Source: Candidatus Limnocylindria bacterium (lineage in GTDB: Bacteria; Chloroflexota; Limnocylindria; QHBO01). From it: 47,690 bases of DNA. This document shows positions 19,109 to 30,702 of the stretch, one piece after another. The stretch lies in contig JBBQGI010000005.1 in the NCBI GenBank assembly GCA_038322875.1, forward strand, positions 1-47,690. Direction: 5' to 3'. Made by a program: the position numbers and the translations under genes. Below the pieces are notes generated by a model. It was not told where the DNA came from. It worked only from the letters and a program-made list of their open reading frames with translations, and ran no database searches. Position 1 is the first letter of the stretch. Each line of letters opens with the position of its first letter.

Positions 19109-20248
19109 GTGAAGCTCCAGGAATATCGCAGCAAGGAGATCCTGGCCCGCTACGGCGTCCCGGCCTCCGGCGGCGAGATCGCCACGACCCCCGCAGCGGC
19201 CCGCGCGGCGGCGGAGCGGATCGGCGGATCGGTGGTCATCAAGGCACAGGTCCTCGTCGGCGGGCGCGGCAAGGCGGGCGGCGTGAAGCTGGCGTCGACG
19301 CCCGACGAGGCCGCCGCTCGAGCGGCAGAGATCATCGGGCTGGATATCAAGGGCGTCACCGTGCGGACCGTGCTGGTCGCACCGGCCGCCCAGATTGCGA
19401 ATGAGTACTACCTCGGCCTGGTCCTGGACCGTCGCGGCCAGGCGGTCACCATCATCGCCAGCGCCGACGGCGGCGTCGAGATCGAGGAGACGGCCAGGAC
19501 GAACCCCGACGCGATCCTGCGCCTGCCGCTTCATCCGCTGATCGGCCTCCAGGAGCACCAGGTGCGACGGGTCGCCTTCTTTCTCGGCCTGCCGGCTGAG
19601 CTGCGGAAGGACTTCGCCACCACGCTGCGCGGCCTGTACGCCGCCTTCATCGAGTCGGACGCCGACCTGGCGGAGATCAATCCGCTGGTGGTGACCGAGG
19701 GCGGCGAGCTGCTGGCGCTTGACGCCAAGATCGTGCTCGACGATTCCGCGCTCTTCCGCCACGCCGAGCTGGAGGCGCTGCGCGACCTCGCCGAGGAGGA
19801 GCCCTCCGAGATCGCCGCCCGCGAGGCCGGGATCAACTTCATCAAACTGGACGGCAGCATCGGCTGCATGGTCAACGGCGCCGGCCTCGCGATGACCACC
19901 ATGGATCTCGTCAAGCTGGCGGGCGGCGAGCCGGCGAACTTCCTGGACATCGGGGGCGGCGCCAAGGCAGACCGCGTCGCCGCTGCCTTCCGCATCATCC
20001 TGGACGATCCGAACGTGCGGGCGATCCTGATCAACATCTTCGGCGGCATCACCCGCGGCGACGAGGTGGCGCACGGGATCGTCGAGGCCCGGGCGGCGCT
20101 GGGCCGCCAGGTCCCGATGGTCGTGCGCATCGTCGGCACCAACGCGGCGGAGGCGGCCGAGATCCTGCGCGCGGCCAACCTGATCACGGCCGACAGCCTG
20201 GACGATGCCGCCCGCAAGGCGGTCGATGCCGCCGGCGCACCGGCGTGA
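19109..20248 (+). CDS. sucC: Succinyl-CoA synthetase beta subunit
   Basis: [55 protein letters not shown]. Confidence 0.97.
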   Translation: MKLQEYRSKEILARYGVPASGGEIATTPAAARAAAERIGGSVVIKAQVLVGGRGKAGGVKLASTPDEAAARAAEIIGLDIKGVTVRTVLVAPAAQIANEYYLGLVLDRRGQAVTIIASADGGVEIEETARTNPDAILRLPLHPLIGLQEHQVRRVAFFLGLPAELRKDFATTLRGLYAAFIESDADLAEINPLVVTEGGELLALDAKIVLDDSALFRHAELEALRDLAEEEPSEIAAREAGINFIKLDGSIGCMVNGAGLAMTTMDLVKLAGGEPANFLDIGGGAKADRVAAAFRIILDDPNVRAILINIFGGITRGDEVAHGIVEARAALGRQVPMVVRIVGTNAAEAAEILRAANLITADSLDDAARKAVDAAGAPA

Positions 20249-21123
20249 GCATCCTCGTCGGAGCACAGACTCGCCTGCTGGTACAGGGCATCACCGGCCG
20301 CGAGGGCGAGTTCCACTCGCGCGCCATGCTGGAATACGGGACCAACGTCGTAGCCGGCGTGACCCCCGGCAAGGGTGGCCAGTCTGCGGTCGACGGGCGC
20401 GTGCCGGTCTTCGACACCGTCGCCGAGGCGGTCGCCCAGACCGAGGCGGATGCTGCCTGCATCTTCGTGCCGGCTGCCTTCGCTCCCGACGCGATCCTGG
20501 AGGCTGCCGACGCCGGCGTCCCGCTGGTGATCTGCATCACGGAGGGGATCCCCGCCCTGGACATGCTGCGCGTCCATCACGTCCTGCGCGAGAGGGGCGT
20601 GCGTCTGATCGGGCCGAACTGCCCTGGCGCCACTTCGGTGGGTGGGGCCAAGGTCGGCATCATCCCCGGCGATATCCACCGACCCGGTCCGGTCGGGCTG
20701 GTCAGCCGTTCAGGGACGCTCACCTACGAGGTGGTGCAGGCGATGACCGACGCGGGGGTGGGCCAGACGACCTGCGTCGGGATCGGCGGTGACCCAATCG
20801 TCGGAACCACCTTCATCGACGTGCTCGAGATGCTGAATGCCGATCCGGAGACCGAGGCGATCGTCCTGATCGGCGAGATCGGCGGCGACGAGGAGGAGCG
20901 GGCGGCAGCCTATTGCGCCGCCGAGGTTCGCAAGCCGGTCGCCGCCTTCATCGCCGGTCGCACCGCACCGCCCGGTCGGCGGATGGGCCACGCCGGGGCA
21001 ATCATCTCCGGTGGCGCCGGCACGGCCGATTCGAAGCGCTCCGCCCTGCAGGCGGCCGGCATCCGGGTCGCCGACTCGCCATCGCAGATCCCCGCCCTCC
21101 TGCGCGAGGCTGGTGTCCGCTAG
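20245..21123 (+). CDS. sucD: Succinyl-CoA synthetase alpha subunit
   Basis: [40 protein letters not shown]. Confidence 0.97.
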   Translation: MSILVGAQTRLLVQGITGREGEFHSRAMLEYGTNVVAGVTPGKGGQSAVDGRVPVFDTVAEAVAQTEADAACIFVPAAFAPDAILEAADAGVPLVICITEGIPALDMLRVHHVLRERGVRLIGPNCPGATSVGGAKVGIIPGDIHRPGPVGLVSRSGTLTYEVVQAMTDAGVGQTTCVGIGGDPIVGTTFIDVLEMLNADPETEAIVLIGEIGGDEEERAAAYCAAEVRKPVAAFIAGRTAPPGRRMGHAGAIISGGAGTADSKRSALQAAGIRVADSPSQIPALLREAGVR

Positions 21124-21710
21124 GGAGCGCCCGCGGTTGCCGCCGCCCACTCGTCGCGCAGGATCGCCATCAGCAGGGCGTCCTCCAGGAGACCATCGAC
21201 GCGGAATGCGCGACGCATGATCCCCTCGCGCTGAAATCCGACCTTCTCGTACGAACGGATGGCACGGGCATTCCCCGCCCGCACGATCAGCGAGATTCGC
21301 TCCAGTCCCAGGCTGCCGAAGCCGAAGGCGAGCAGCGTCCGCTGGGCATCGGTCCCCCAGCCGGATCCGATGTGATCGCGATCCATGAAGATCGCGAGCT
21401 CGGCGTGGCGGTCGAGCAGGTTCGCGTCCTTCAGCCATGTTGTGCCGATGAAGCGGTCGCCGCCGAGCTCGCAGACGGCAAAGTAGAAGCCTTCCCCGGT
21501 CCGCGTCTGCTCGACCGTCTTGGCCTGCCAGGCGGTTGCCTGCTCCACGCTGAATGGCATTCGATAGCCGGCGAAGGCGCCGACCTCGGTGTCGTTGATG
21601 CCCGCCACGTAAGCCGGCATGTCGCGCGCCTCGAGCGGGCGCAGCCAGACCCGCTCACCGCGGAGGAGGGGCCGCTCGGGGATCGGCGGGCGCTCAAGGG
21701 GCTCGCTCAT
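21120..21710 (-). CDS. GNAT family N-acetyltransferase (RimJ/RimL-like)
   Basis: [47 protein letters not shown]. Confidence 0.9.
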   Translation of the reverse strand: MSEPLERPPIPERPLLRGERVWLRPLEARDMPAYVAGINDTEVGAFAGYRMPFSVEQATAWQAKTVEQTRTGEGFYFAVCELGGDRFIGTTWLKDANLLDRHAELAIFMDRDHIGSGWGTDAQRTLLAFGFGSLGLERISLIVRAGNARAIRSYEKVGFQREGIMRRAFRVDGLLEDALLMAILRDEWAAATAGAP

Positions 21711-22131
21711 GCGCCATCGTCCACGGCGTCGCCGAGGAGCTCCCAGAGCACGCCGCTCAGGGTCCGTGGATGGATGAAGGCTACCGGCCCGTGCGCTCCA
21801 GAGCGCGGTTCGCGGTCGATCAGCTCGGCTTCGGAGGCGGCCAGGGCGTCGAGGTCGCCGGCGAGGTCATCAGTGCGCATGCAGACATGATGCAGCCCCT
21901 CGCCGCGGATGGCGAGGAAGCGCGCCACGCCGCTCTCATCGTCGAGCGGCTCAACCAGCTCGACCTTGGCGGCGGGCTCGGGGCCGCTCGGCAAGAAGCA
22001 GAGGCGCACGCGTTGCGAGGCGAAGATCCGCGGCTCGTCGGCCGCCTCCCAGCCGAACAGCGCCCGATAGCGCGGCAGCGCCTCGTCGATGGAGCGCACC
22101 ACCACCGCGACGTGGTCGATCGGTCCGATGG

Positions 22132-22135
<4 letters not shown>
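21707..22135 (-). CDS. mce: Methylmalonyl-CoA epimerase
   Basis: [27 protein letters not shown]...GVLWEL. ATGA overlap with the mutase stop. Confidence 0.9.
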
Positions 22136-23733
<1,598 letters not shown>

Positions 23734-23769
23734 CGACGATTGTACCGATGCGTGGCGGCTGGCAGCCGC

Positions 23770-24237
23770 CTACTCGATGCGCAGTAGCGGCGTCCCCACG
23801 GCGACCGGCTGACCCGCCACCACGGTCACCGATGCGACCCTCCCGGCGCGCGGCGCGCGCACTTCGTTCTGCATCTTCATGGCCTCGATCGTGAGCAGCC
23901 CGTCGCCCTCCGCCACCTCGTCGCCCTCCTGCACCGCGACCGCCGCCACCAGCCCGGGGAGGGTGGCGCGCACCTCCATCGGGCCTTGATGCCGGCGGGC
24001 CGAGGATTCGGCCTCGGCCAGGGCTCGCTCTCGCCAGGAGCGCGCCGTCACCGCGATCCGTCGACCGCGGAGCGTGACCACCCACTCGCTGCCGGCGCCC
24101 TCGACCAGGCACAGCTCGGAACGCGAGCCATCGCTGACCCGGGCGATCCCGGCAAGGGCGTCGAGCCAGGTGAGGGTCCACCCGGCCGCCGGCTCCACCG
24201 GCGTCCCCTCCACGCTCAGCTCGAGGTCGTCGATCAC
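23770..24237 (-). CDS. Biotin carboxyl carrier protein
   Basis: EAMKMQNE biotinylation motif. GTGA overlap with upstream gene. Confidence 0.9.
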   Translation of the reverse strand: MIDDLELSVEGTPVEPAAGWTLTWLDALAGIARVSDGSRSELCLVEGAGSEWVVTLRGRRIAVTARSWRERALAEAESSARRHQGPMEVRATLPGLVAAVAVQEGDEVAEGDGLLTIEAMKMQNEVRAPRAGRVASVTVVAGQPVAVGTPLLRIE

Positions 24238-25832
24238 CGCGGTCGCCGCCGTGTGACAGCGTCCTGACGTGCGCGTGCCGCCCAGGCGCGGTCGTGGGAC
24301 GGGGTTGCGCGGGTGCCGGTGGCGACCACCGACCTGGCCCGTGACTGTTCGCGTGCCTGGAGGGCGATCGCGGCCGCCAGCAAGGCCTCTTCGCTGCTCA
24401 GCTTCGGGCCGCTCCCCCACCGATCCGGGATCAGCGCCGTGTCATACGAGCCGGCGGCGAAGCCCGGCTCATCGACCAGCCAGCGCAGGAACGAGAGATC
24501 CGTCTGGACGCCTCCGATGAGCGTCTCGCCGAGCGCGCGCGCCAGGCGGGCAATGGCGGCCGGACGATCCTCGGCGTGGACCAGCAGCTTGGCGAGCAGC
24601 GGGTCATATTCCACCGGCAGAACCGTGTCGCCCGCCAGCCCGGTGTCGATCCGGACGCCCGGCCCGGCGGCCATCTGCCACCCGGTGACCATGCCCGCCA
24701 CCGGCCGAAAGCCGTCATGAGGGTCCTCGGCATAGATCCGCACCTCGATGGCATGACCGCGTGGAGCGGCCCCCAGGACCTCCTCCGGCAGCCGTTCCCC
24801 CGCCGCGATGCGGATCTGCCACCCAACCAAATCGATGCCGGTCACGAGCTCGGTGACGCCGTGCTCTACCTGGAGGCGGGTGTTCATCTCGAGGAAGAAA
24901 TGGTTCCCGTCGCCGTCGAGCAGGAACTCGACCGTCGCGGCGCTGTGGAAGGCGACCGTCCCTGCGACGCGACGCGCGCTGTCGGCGAGCCGGGCTCGGA
25001 GGTCCGGCGTCACCGCCGGCGATGGCGACTCCTCGACCAGCTTCTGGTGACGCCGTTGGACGCTGCATTCGCGCTCGCCCAGGACCGCCAGGTTGCCGTG
25101 CCGGTCGCCGAGCAGCTGGACCTCGATGTGGCGTGCCGGAGCAATCAGTCGCTCGAGATAGATGGTCCCATCGCCAAAGGCGGCAAGCGCCTCTCGGGCG
25201 GCGGCCTCGAGCGACGTCCGTACCTGCTCCGGCCGGTCGACCCGGCGCATGCCGCGCCCGCCGCCGCCCGCCGCCGCCTTCAGCATCGCCGGAAAGCCGA
25301 TCGCCGCGACCCTATCGTCGAGGGGCGCGCCGTCCCCAACCATGGTCAGGGGGACGAGCAGTCCCGGGACGATTGGCACGCCCACGGCGCCGACGCTTAC
25401 CCGGGCGGCCAGCTTGTCGCCGAGGGAGGCGAGCGTCGCCGGGGGCGGACCGATGAAGACGAGCCCCGCCTCCTCGACCGCCCGGGCGAAGGCGGCATTC
25501 TCCGAGAGGAACCCGTAGCCGGGATGGATCGCCTCGGCGCCCGAGCGCTGCGCGGCATCGATCACTGCGGTGATGGAGAGGTAGGAATCGGCCGCCTGCG
25601 CCGGGCCGATTCGCTCCGCCCGATCGGCCGTGGCGGCGTGCATGGCATCAGCGTCAGCATCGCTGTAGACCGCCACCGATTCGATCCCCAGTTCGCGACA
25701 AGCCCTGATGATTCGCACCGCGATCTCGCCGCGGTTGGCAATCAGGAGCCGCCGAAAGGGCGGGCGCCGCGCATCGGCAGCGCTTCCGTCTTTGCGCAAA
25801 GACGGAGCATCCTCAGAGCGGGATGTTGCCAT
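24234..25832 (-). CDS. Biotin carboxylase subunit (acetyl/propionyl-CoA carboxylase)
   Basis: [53 protein letters not shown]. Confidence 0.95.
   Translation of the reverse strand: MATSRSEDAPSLRKDGSAADARRPPFRRLLIANRGEIAVRIIRACRELGIESVAVYSDADADAMHAATADRAERIGPAQAADSYLSITAVIDAAQRSGAEAIHPGYGFLSENAAFARAVEEAGLVFIGPPPATLASLGDKLAARVSVGAVGVPIVPGLLVPLTMVGDGAPLDDRVAAIGFPAMLKAAAGGGGRGMRRVDRPEQVRTSLEAAAREALAAFGDGTIYLERLIAPARHIEVQLLGDRHGNLAVLGERECSVQRRHQKLVEESPSPAVTPDLRARLADSARRVAGTVAFHSAATVEFLLDGDGNHFFLEMNTRLQVEHGVTELVTGIDLVGWQIRIAAGERLPEEVLGAAPRGHAIEVRIYAEDPHDGFRPVAGMVTGWQMAAGPGVRIDTGLAGDTVLPVEYDPLLAKLLVHAEDRPAAIARLARALGETLIGGVQTDLSFLRWLVDEPGFAAGSYDTALIPDRWGSGPKLSSEEALLAAAIALQAREQSRARSVVATGTRATPSHDRAWAARARQDAVTRRRPR
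25788..25803. promoter_or_regulatory. Candidate parS site 1 (perfect palindrome)
   Basis: GTCTTTGCGCAAAGAC; the palindrome extends to 22 bp (25785-25806). Confidence 0.65.
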
Positions 25833-27363
25833 GCTTCCTGGCGGGTACCGACTGGCGCTTTCCCTCGAGCATCGCCAATGCATCGACGACGCGAGCGCGC
25901 GTCTCCGACGGCAGGATCACCTCGTCCACGTAGCCGCGGGCGGCAGCGATGTACGGGTTCGCGAAACGCGCCTCGTACTCGGCAACCAGTCGCGCGCGTT
26001 CCTCATCGGGTGCCTTGGACTCGGCGATGCGATCGCGGAAGATGATGTTGACCGCGCCTTCGACGCCCATCACCGCGATCTCGGCCGTCGGCCACGCGAA
26101 GTTGAGATCGCCGCGCACGTGCTTGCTGCTCATGACGTCGTATGCGCCGCCGTATGCCTTGCGGGTGATAACCGTCACTTTCGGTACGGTCGCTTCGCAA
26201 TACGCGTAGAGCAGCTTCGCGCCGTGACGAATGATTCCGCGATGTTCCTGGTCGACACCAGGCAGAAAACCGGGAACGTCGACCAGTGTCACGAGCGGAA
26301 TGTTGAAGCAGTCGCAGAAACGGACGAAGCGCGCCGCCTTGTCGGACGCGTCGATGTCGAGCACGCCGGCGAGAACCTCGGGCTGCTGCCCCACGATTCC
26401 GACACTGCGCCCCTCGATGCGCGCGAGGCCACAGATGATGTTGCGCGCGAAGTGGGCATGCACCTCGGTAAAAGAACCGGCGTCGACGATCCCGCCGATG
26501 ACTCGATGCATGTCGTATGAACGCTGCGCTGAATCGGGCACCAGCTCATCGAGCTCCGCTGGCGTCACCCCGGGTGCTTCCCACTCGGTCGCGGTCGGTG
26601 GCAGATCGACGTTGTTCTGCGGCAGGAAGGCGACGATCTGCCGCGTGAGCGCCATTGCCTGCGGCTCACCGTCCGCCAGGAAATGCGCGACCCCGCTCAC
26701 CTCGTTGTGGATGCGCGCGCCGCCCAGCCCTTCGAAATCGATCTCCTCGTGCGTCACCGTCTTCACCACGTTGGGGCCGGTGACGAACATGTAGCTGCTA
26801 CCGTCGACCATCACCGTGAAGTCGGTGATCGCTGGCGAGTAGACCGCCCCGCCCGCGCATGGCCCCATCACCACCGAGATTTGCGGCACGACTCCGGAGG
26901 CCATCGTGTTGCGCAGGAAGATATCGGCATAGCCGCCCAGGGAAGCGACCCCTTCCTGGATTCGTGCGCCGCCCGAATCCGAAAGGCCGATGATCGGTGC
27001 GCCGGTATCCATCGCCAGGTCCATCACCTTGCAGATCTTCTCCGCATGCGCCTCCGACAGCGATCCCCCGAAGACCGTGAAGTCCTGGGCGTAGACGAAG
27101 ACGAGCCGCCCGTCGATTCGCCCGTGGCCGCTGACCACGCCGTCTCCAAGAACGAGCTGCTCGTCCAGTCCAAAGTCGGTGGCCCGATGGGTGACGAAGG
27201 CATCGAGCTCAACGAACGAGTCCTCGTCGAGGAGCAGCTCGAGCCGTTCGCGTGCCGTCAGCTTGTTCCGCTCGTGCTGCTGCGCTATCCGCTGAGCGCC
27301 GCCGCCCAGCTTCGCCTCGTCACGGAGCTTTCGGAGGTGCGCGAGCTTATCGGCCGTCGACAC
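25813..27363 (-). CDS. pccB: Acyl-CoA (propionyl-CoA) carboxylase carboxyltransferase subunit
   Basis: [66 protein letters not shown]. Confidence 0.93.
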   Translation of the reverse strand: MSTADKLAHLRKLRDEAKLGGGAQRIAQQHERNKLTARERLELLLDEDSFVELDAFVTHRATDFGLDEQLVLGDGVVSGHGRIDGRLVFVYAQDFTVFGGSLSEAHAEKICKVMDLAMDTGAPIIGLSDSGGARIQEGVASLGGYADIFLRNTMASGVVPQISVVMGPCAGGAVYSPAITDFTVMVDGSSYMFVTGPNVVKTVTHEEIDFEGLGGARIHNEVSGVAHFLADGEPQAMALTRQIVAFLPQNNVDLPPTATEWEAPGVTPAELDELVPDSAQRSYDMHRVIGGIVDAGSFTEVHAHFARNIICGLARIEGRSVGIVGQQPEVLAGVLDIDASDKAARFVRFCDCFNIPLVTLVDVPGFLPGVDQEHRGIIRHGAKLLYAYCEATVPKVTVITRKAYGGAYDVMSSKHVRGDLNFAWPTAEIAVMGVEGAVNIIFRDRIAESKAPDEERARLVAEYEARFANPYIAAARGYVDEVILPSETRARVVDALAMLEGKRQSVPARKHGNIPL

Positions 27364-27381
27364 GAGCGTCCTCCGCGCTGG

Positions 27382-27457
27382 TGGTGGGCCCAGCAGGGAT
27401 CGAACCTGCGACCCGCCGGTTATGAGCCGGATGCTCTAACCACTGAGCTATGGGCCC
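27382..27457 (-). tRNA. tRNA-Ile2 (CAT anticodon, lysidine type)
   Basis: GGGCCCATAGCTCAGTGGTTAGAGCATCCGGCTCATAACCGGCGGGTCGCAGGTTCGATCCCTGCTGGGCCCACCA: 76-nt cloverleaf with encoded CCA. Lacks initiator features; acceptor stem resembles Ile2. Confidence 0.9.
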
Positions 27458-27491
27458 GATGGATGGTGGACAACTTCGAGTATAGAGGCTC

Positions 27492-27507
27492 GTCTTTGCA
27501 CAAAGAC
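27492..27507. promoter_or_regulatory. Candidate parS site 2
   Basis: GTCTTTGCACAAAGAC, one mismatch to site 1, intergenic upstream of parA. Confidence 0.65.
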
Positions 27508-27525
27508 ATCGACATCGAGCCAGCT

Positions 27526-27534
27526 TGTGGATAA
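27526..27534 (-). promoter_or_regulatory. Perfect DnaA box
   Basis: TGTGGATAA on plus strand = TTATCCACA on minus strand. Confidence 0.55.
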
Positions 27535-27626
27535 CTCCGATGGTCGCCGGCGACCGGTGGCGGGTATGATCGATCGGTCGCCGACGCGACGCTCCATTCC
27601 CCGCCCTTGCCGCGCTAGGTGATCAT

Positions 27627-28394
27627 GTGACCAAGGTAATCTCGATTGCGAACCAGAAAGGCGGCGTCGGCAAGACGACCGCGTCGATCAATCTCGGCGG
27701 CGCACTGGCCGAGTTGGGGTATCGGGTTCTCTGCGTCGACATGGATCCGCAGGCCAACCTCACCGTCGGACTGGGCATCAGCCTCTCCGATGTCCACCAC
27801 TCGATGGCCGACGTCCTCTCCGAGGATCGCGTCCCGCTCGACGAAGTGGTTCGCCAGACCGAGATGCCGGGCTTGTCGGTGGCGCCCTCAACCCTGGAGC
27901 TGGCATCCACCGAGGTGGAGCTCTTCACCGCCATCGGTCGCGAGATGGTGCTGCGCGACACGCTGGCCGGATGGGCTGAACAGCAGTACGACGTCGTCAT
28001 CATCGACTCCCCGCCGACCCTCGGCCTGCTCACCATCAACGCGCTGGTCGCCAGCTCGCGCGTGATCATCCCGGTCCAGACGCAGTACTACGCCATCAAG
28101 GGCCTGACCGCGCTGATCAAGGTGATCAACACCATCAAGCTGAAGCTGAACCACGACCTCGAGATCCTGGGCCTGCTCGCCACCTTTTACGACGGGCGCA
28201 CCGTGTTGGCGCGCGAGATGCTCCAGAACCTCCGCGAGCTCGGCGATCATCGGGTCTTCACGACCATGATCAAGAACACCGTCAAGTTTGGCGAGGCTCC
28301 CCTCACCGGCAAGCCGATCACCGAGTACGCCACCAACTCGGCTGCAGCCCGCTCGTTCCGCGAGCTGGCCCGCGAGGTGATCGAACTTGGCTAG
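27627..28394 (+). CDS. parA: ParA/Soj family ATPase
   Basis: IANQKGGVGKTT, DMDPQANLT, IIDSPPTLG, IPVQTQYYA. Confidence 0.95.
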   Translation: MTKVISIANQKGGVGKTTASINLGGALAELGYRVLCVDMDPQANLTVGLGISLSDVHHSMADVLSEDRVPLDEVVRQTEMPGLSVAPSTLELASTEVELFTAIGREMVLRDTLAGWAEQQYDVVIIDSPPTLGLLTINALVASSRVIIPVQTQYYAIKGLTALIKVINTIKLKLNHDLEILGLLATFYDGRTVLAREMLQNLRELGDHRVFTTMIKNTVKFGEAPLTGKPITEYATNSAAARSFRELAREVIELG

Positions 28395-29358
28395 CAAGCG
28401 CCCGGTCTTCAGCGAGAACATCCATCGGCTCTTTGACGAGGCCCAGGCGATCGACCTGGCGCCCGGCATCGTGTCGCTCATCGAGTCGCGTGCCACGCGG
28501 GCGCAGATCCGCGAGGTCCCGGTCGGCCGCATCCTGCCGAATCCCGCGCAGCCGCGCCTCTCGTACGAGGAGGACTCCCTTACCGAGCTCGCCGACTCGA
28601 TCCGCGAGCACGGCGTCCTGCAGCCCATCCTCGTCCGCCCGGTGGGCAGCCAGTACGAGCTGATCGCCGGCGAGCGCCGCTGGCGCGCATCGCGCATGGC
28701 CCAGCGAGAATCGATTCCGGCGATCGTGGTCGAGTTCGACGACGAGACCGCACTCGAAGTGTCGATCATCGAGAACCTGCAGCGGGAGGATGTCTCACCG
28801 CTCGAGGAGGCGTCGATGTTCCGCAAGATGACGGACCTCGGCTACTCGGTGCGACAGCTGGCCCAGAAGATCGGCAAGGACAAGGGCTATGTGGAGAATC
28901 GGATCCGCCTGGCCGACGCCCCGCCCGAGATCCGCGAACTGGTGTCCGTGCGCAAAGACACCCTCAGCCATGCGTATGAGCTGATGAAGGTTCGCGACGA
29001 GCGAACCAGGAAGCGTCTCGCCAAGAAAGTGGCTGCAGGTGAGCTGACCCTCGCCCGATTGCGCGCCATCACGGGCGGCGCCCCGGCGGAGCCGCACGAC
29101 CCGGCCAAGCCGAAGCGCCGCGCGAAGACGGTGGCGGGACAGGTGGCCGCCGCCCGCCAGACCGACGATGCGCTGGTCAACAACCGTGCCCGGCTGGCCG
29201 GTGCGGTCGATGAGCTGGTCGAGCTGCTCAGCCAACGCGAGCTGATCGACGAGATCCCGGACACCAACCGGGACAACCTGGCCCGGTACCTGACCGTGAC
29301 CAAGCTGAAGCTCGAGAACGCGATCGCGATCATCCGCGCCACCCGCGAAGGCGCCTAG
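28387..29358 (+). CDS. parB: ParB/Spo0J family partition protein
   Basis: PNPAQPR, ELADSIREHGVLQPILVRP, AGERRWRA, IIENLQRED, HTH. TTG start overlaps the parA end. Confidence 0.93.
   Translation: MASKRPVFSENIHRLFDEAQAIDLAPGIVSLIESRATRAQIREVPVGRILPNPAQPRLSYEEDSLTELADSIREHGVLQPILVRPVGSQYELIAGERRWRASRMAQRESIPAIVVEFDDETALEVSIIENLQREDVSPLEEASMFRKMTDLGYSVRQLAQKIGKDKGYVENRIRLADAPPEIRELVSVRKDTLSHAYELMKVRDERTRKRLAKKVAAGELTLARLRAITGGAPAEPHDPAKPKRRAKTVAGQVAAARQTDDALVNNRARLAGAVDELVELLSQRELIDEIPDTNRDNLARYLTVTKLKLENAIAIIRATREGA
28944..28959. promoter_or_regulatory. Candidate parS site 3 (inside parB)
   Basis: GTCCGTGCGCAAAGAC (two mismatches), flanked by complementary GGT/ACC. Confidence 0.55.
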
Positions 29359-29373
29359 CCTCCGGCAACGGGC

Positions 29374-29730
29374 TCAGGGGGTGTAGCTCATCACCTCGCG
29401 TTGGCCGACCAGGAACCCGACCAGCTTGCGCCGCGCGTCCGGGTCTATCTTCCGCAGGCCGGCGATGACCCGGGGAAGCTCAAAGATGGGGGCGGCGAGC
29501 GCCCCCGCGGTATCGATCCCCACCACGTGGTCCGGTCCCCCGCCGACCAGGAAGACACGCTGGAAGGACTTCGCGTCGAGGCCGGCGACCGCGCAGAACG
29601 CGGCGATCGCGGTGCCGACACCCCTGCGCTTGGCGAAGTCGATGAAGAGATCGGACGCCCAGGTATCGACCTGCTGGTCGGTCTGGGCCTCCACCATGGT
29701 CCGATACGTGCGCTCCTCGGTCGCGCTCAC
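29374..29730 (-). CDS. Hypothetical protein (118 aa)
   Basis: GGAGG SD before GTG at 29730; upstream TAGAAT; globular-looking sequence (DLFIDFAKRRGVG...FLVGGGPDHVVGID). Confidence 0.75.
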   Translation of the reverse strand: MSATEERTYRTMVEAQTDQQVDTWASDLFIDFAKRRGVGTAIAAFCAVAGLDAKSFQRVFLVGGGPDHVVGIDTAGALAAPIFELPRVIAGLRKIDPDARRKLVGFLVGQREVMSYTP

Positions 29731-29838
29731 CCGAGTCCTCCGTGGGGCAATTGGCGACCCGATTCTACCCAAGCGGGACGCGTACAGGCTGCGCTGATCC
29801 GCCTTCGACGGCTCACACGCATCGGCTATCCTGCGGCC

Positions 29839-30402
29839 GTGATCGACCCCATCGCCCGGCTGCGGACCGAGGACACGATCGTCTACGAGCTGTTGCGTGG
29901 GCGCCAGGGCGGTGACGGAGGTGAGGTCGTCGGCGTCGCAACCTTCCGCGACGGCGGGACTCGGGTCGACGCTCCCGAGGCGATCGCGGTGGCGGTCGAG
30001 GAACTCCTCTCGCGGCCCTTCGTCGACCGCATCCAGGCCGCTGAGCGACCCCGTGGCTACCGGCGCAGTGGCAGCGGGCAGGTTGACATGCTCGTCCCGG
30101 GGATGCCCGAGCATTTCCTGGCCCGGATGCGCGGCCTGTGGCTCGCCTACCCCGACGGGACCCTGATCACCGCGCGCCCGTCCTCGGGCCAACCACCGGT
30201 AGCCGGCCCCCGCCCCGCGGCACCCGACCTGACCGAAGCCGAGCCGCCGGTCACCGATCCCTCGGTGCGCCGCGCCACCTTGGCCGACAGCCACGAGACC
30301 CTGGGGGCCGGACCGCTGGTCCGCGCCAACGAACCGATCACCGGCCTGCGGCCGACCGACCACCGCCCGGTCGCTCGGACCGATTGTGGCTGGCTGGTCT
30401 AG
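29839..30402 (+). CDS. Hypothetical protein (187 aa)
   Basis: GTG 6 nt after TATCCT; genome-typical codon usage. Confidence 0.7.
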   Translation: MIDPIARLRTEDTIVYELLRGRQGGDGGEVVGVATFRDGGTRVDAPEAIAVAVEELLSRPFVDRIQAAERPRGYRRSGSGQVDMLVPGMPEHFLARMRGLWLAYPDGTLITARPSSGQPPVAGPRPAAPDLTEAEPPVTDPSVRRATLADSHETLGAGPLVRANEPITGLRPTDHRPVARTDCGWLV

Positions 30403-30476
30403 TTCCTAGATTTGCATAGATTCACGGACGACGCGCGCAGGCCTGCGGGCGCGATCACTCGGCTATCATCGCCGTC

Positions 30477-30683
30477 ATGATCCGCTATCTCGCCTTTCCG
30501 CTCCTGATTGTCGTGGTCGGGATCGCGTACTGGATCCTGACCGGGGGCGAGCCGGCCGGGTCGGCGCTGCTTCTCATCTCTGCCGGGGCGATGGGCGTCT
30601 TCACCTGGGCCCTACTGCCGACCGTCGACAACGTTGGCCCCACCGCGCCGGTCGACCCCGACTTCGAGCCGCCTCGCCCCTAG
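30477..30683 (+). CDS. Small two-TM membrane protein
   Basis: Two hydrophobic helices joined by YWILTGGEPAGSALLL; ATG 7 nt after TATCAT. Confidence 0.75.
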   Translation: MIRYLAFPLLIVVVGIAYWILTGGEPAGSALLLISAGAMGVFTWALLPTVDNVGPTAPVDPDFEPPRP

Positions 30684-30702
30684 CCCACGCCGCAGCGACC
30701 CG

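Noticed and set aside
27458-27626. Chromosomal oriC
   Set aside because: Only one perfect DnaA box, no AT-rich element, no dnaA/dnaN nearby, and the dominant gene orientation does not switch.
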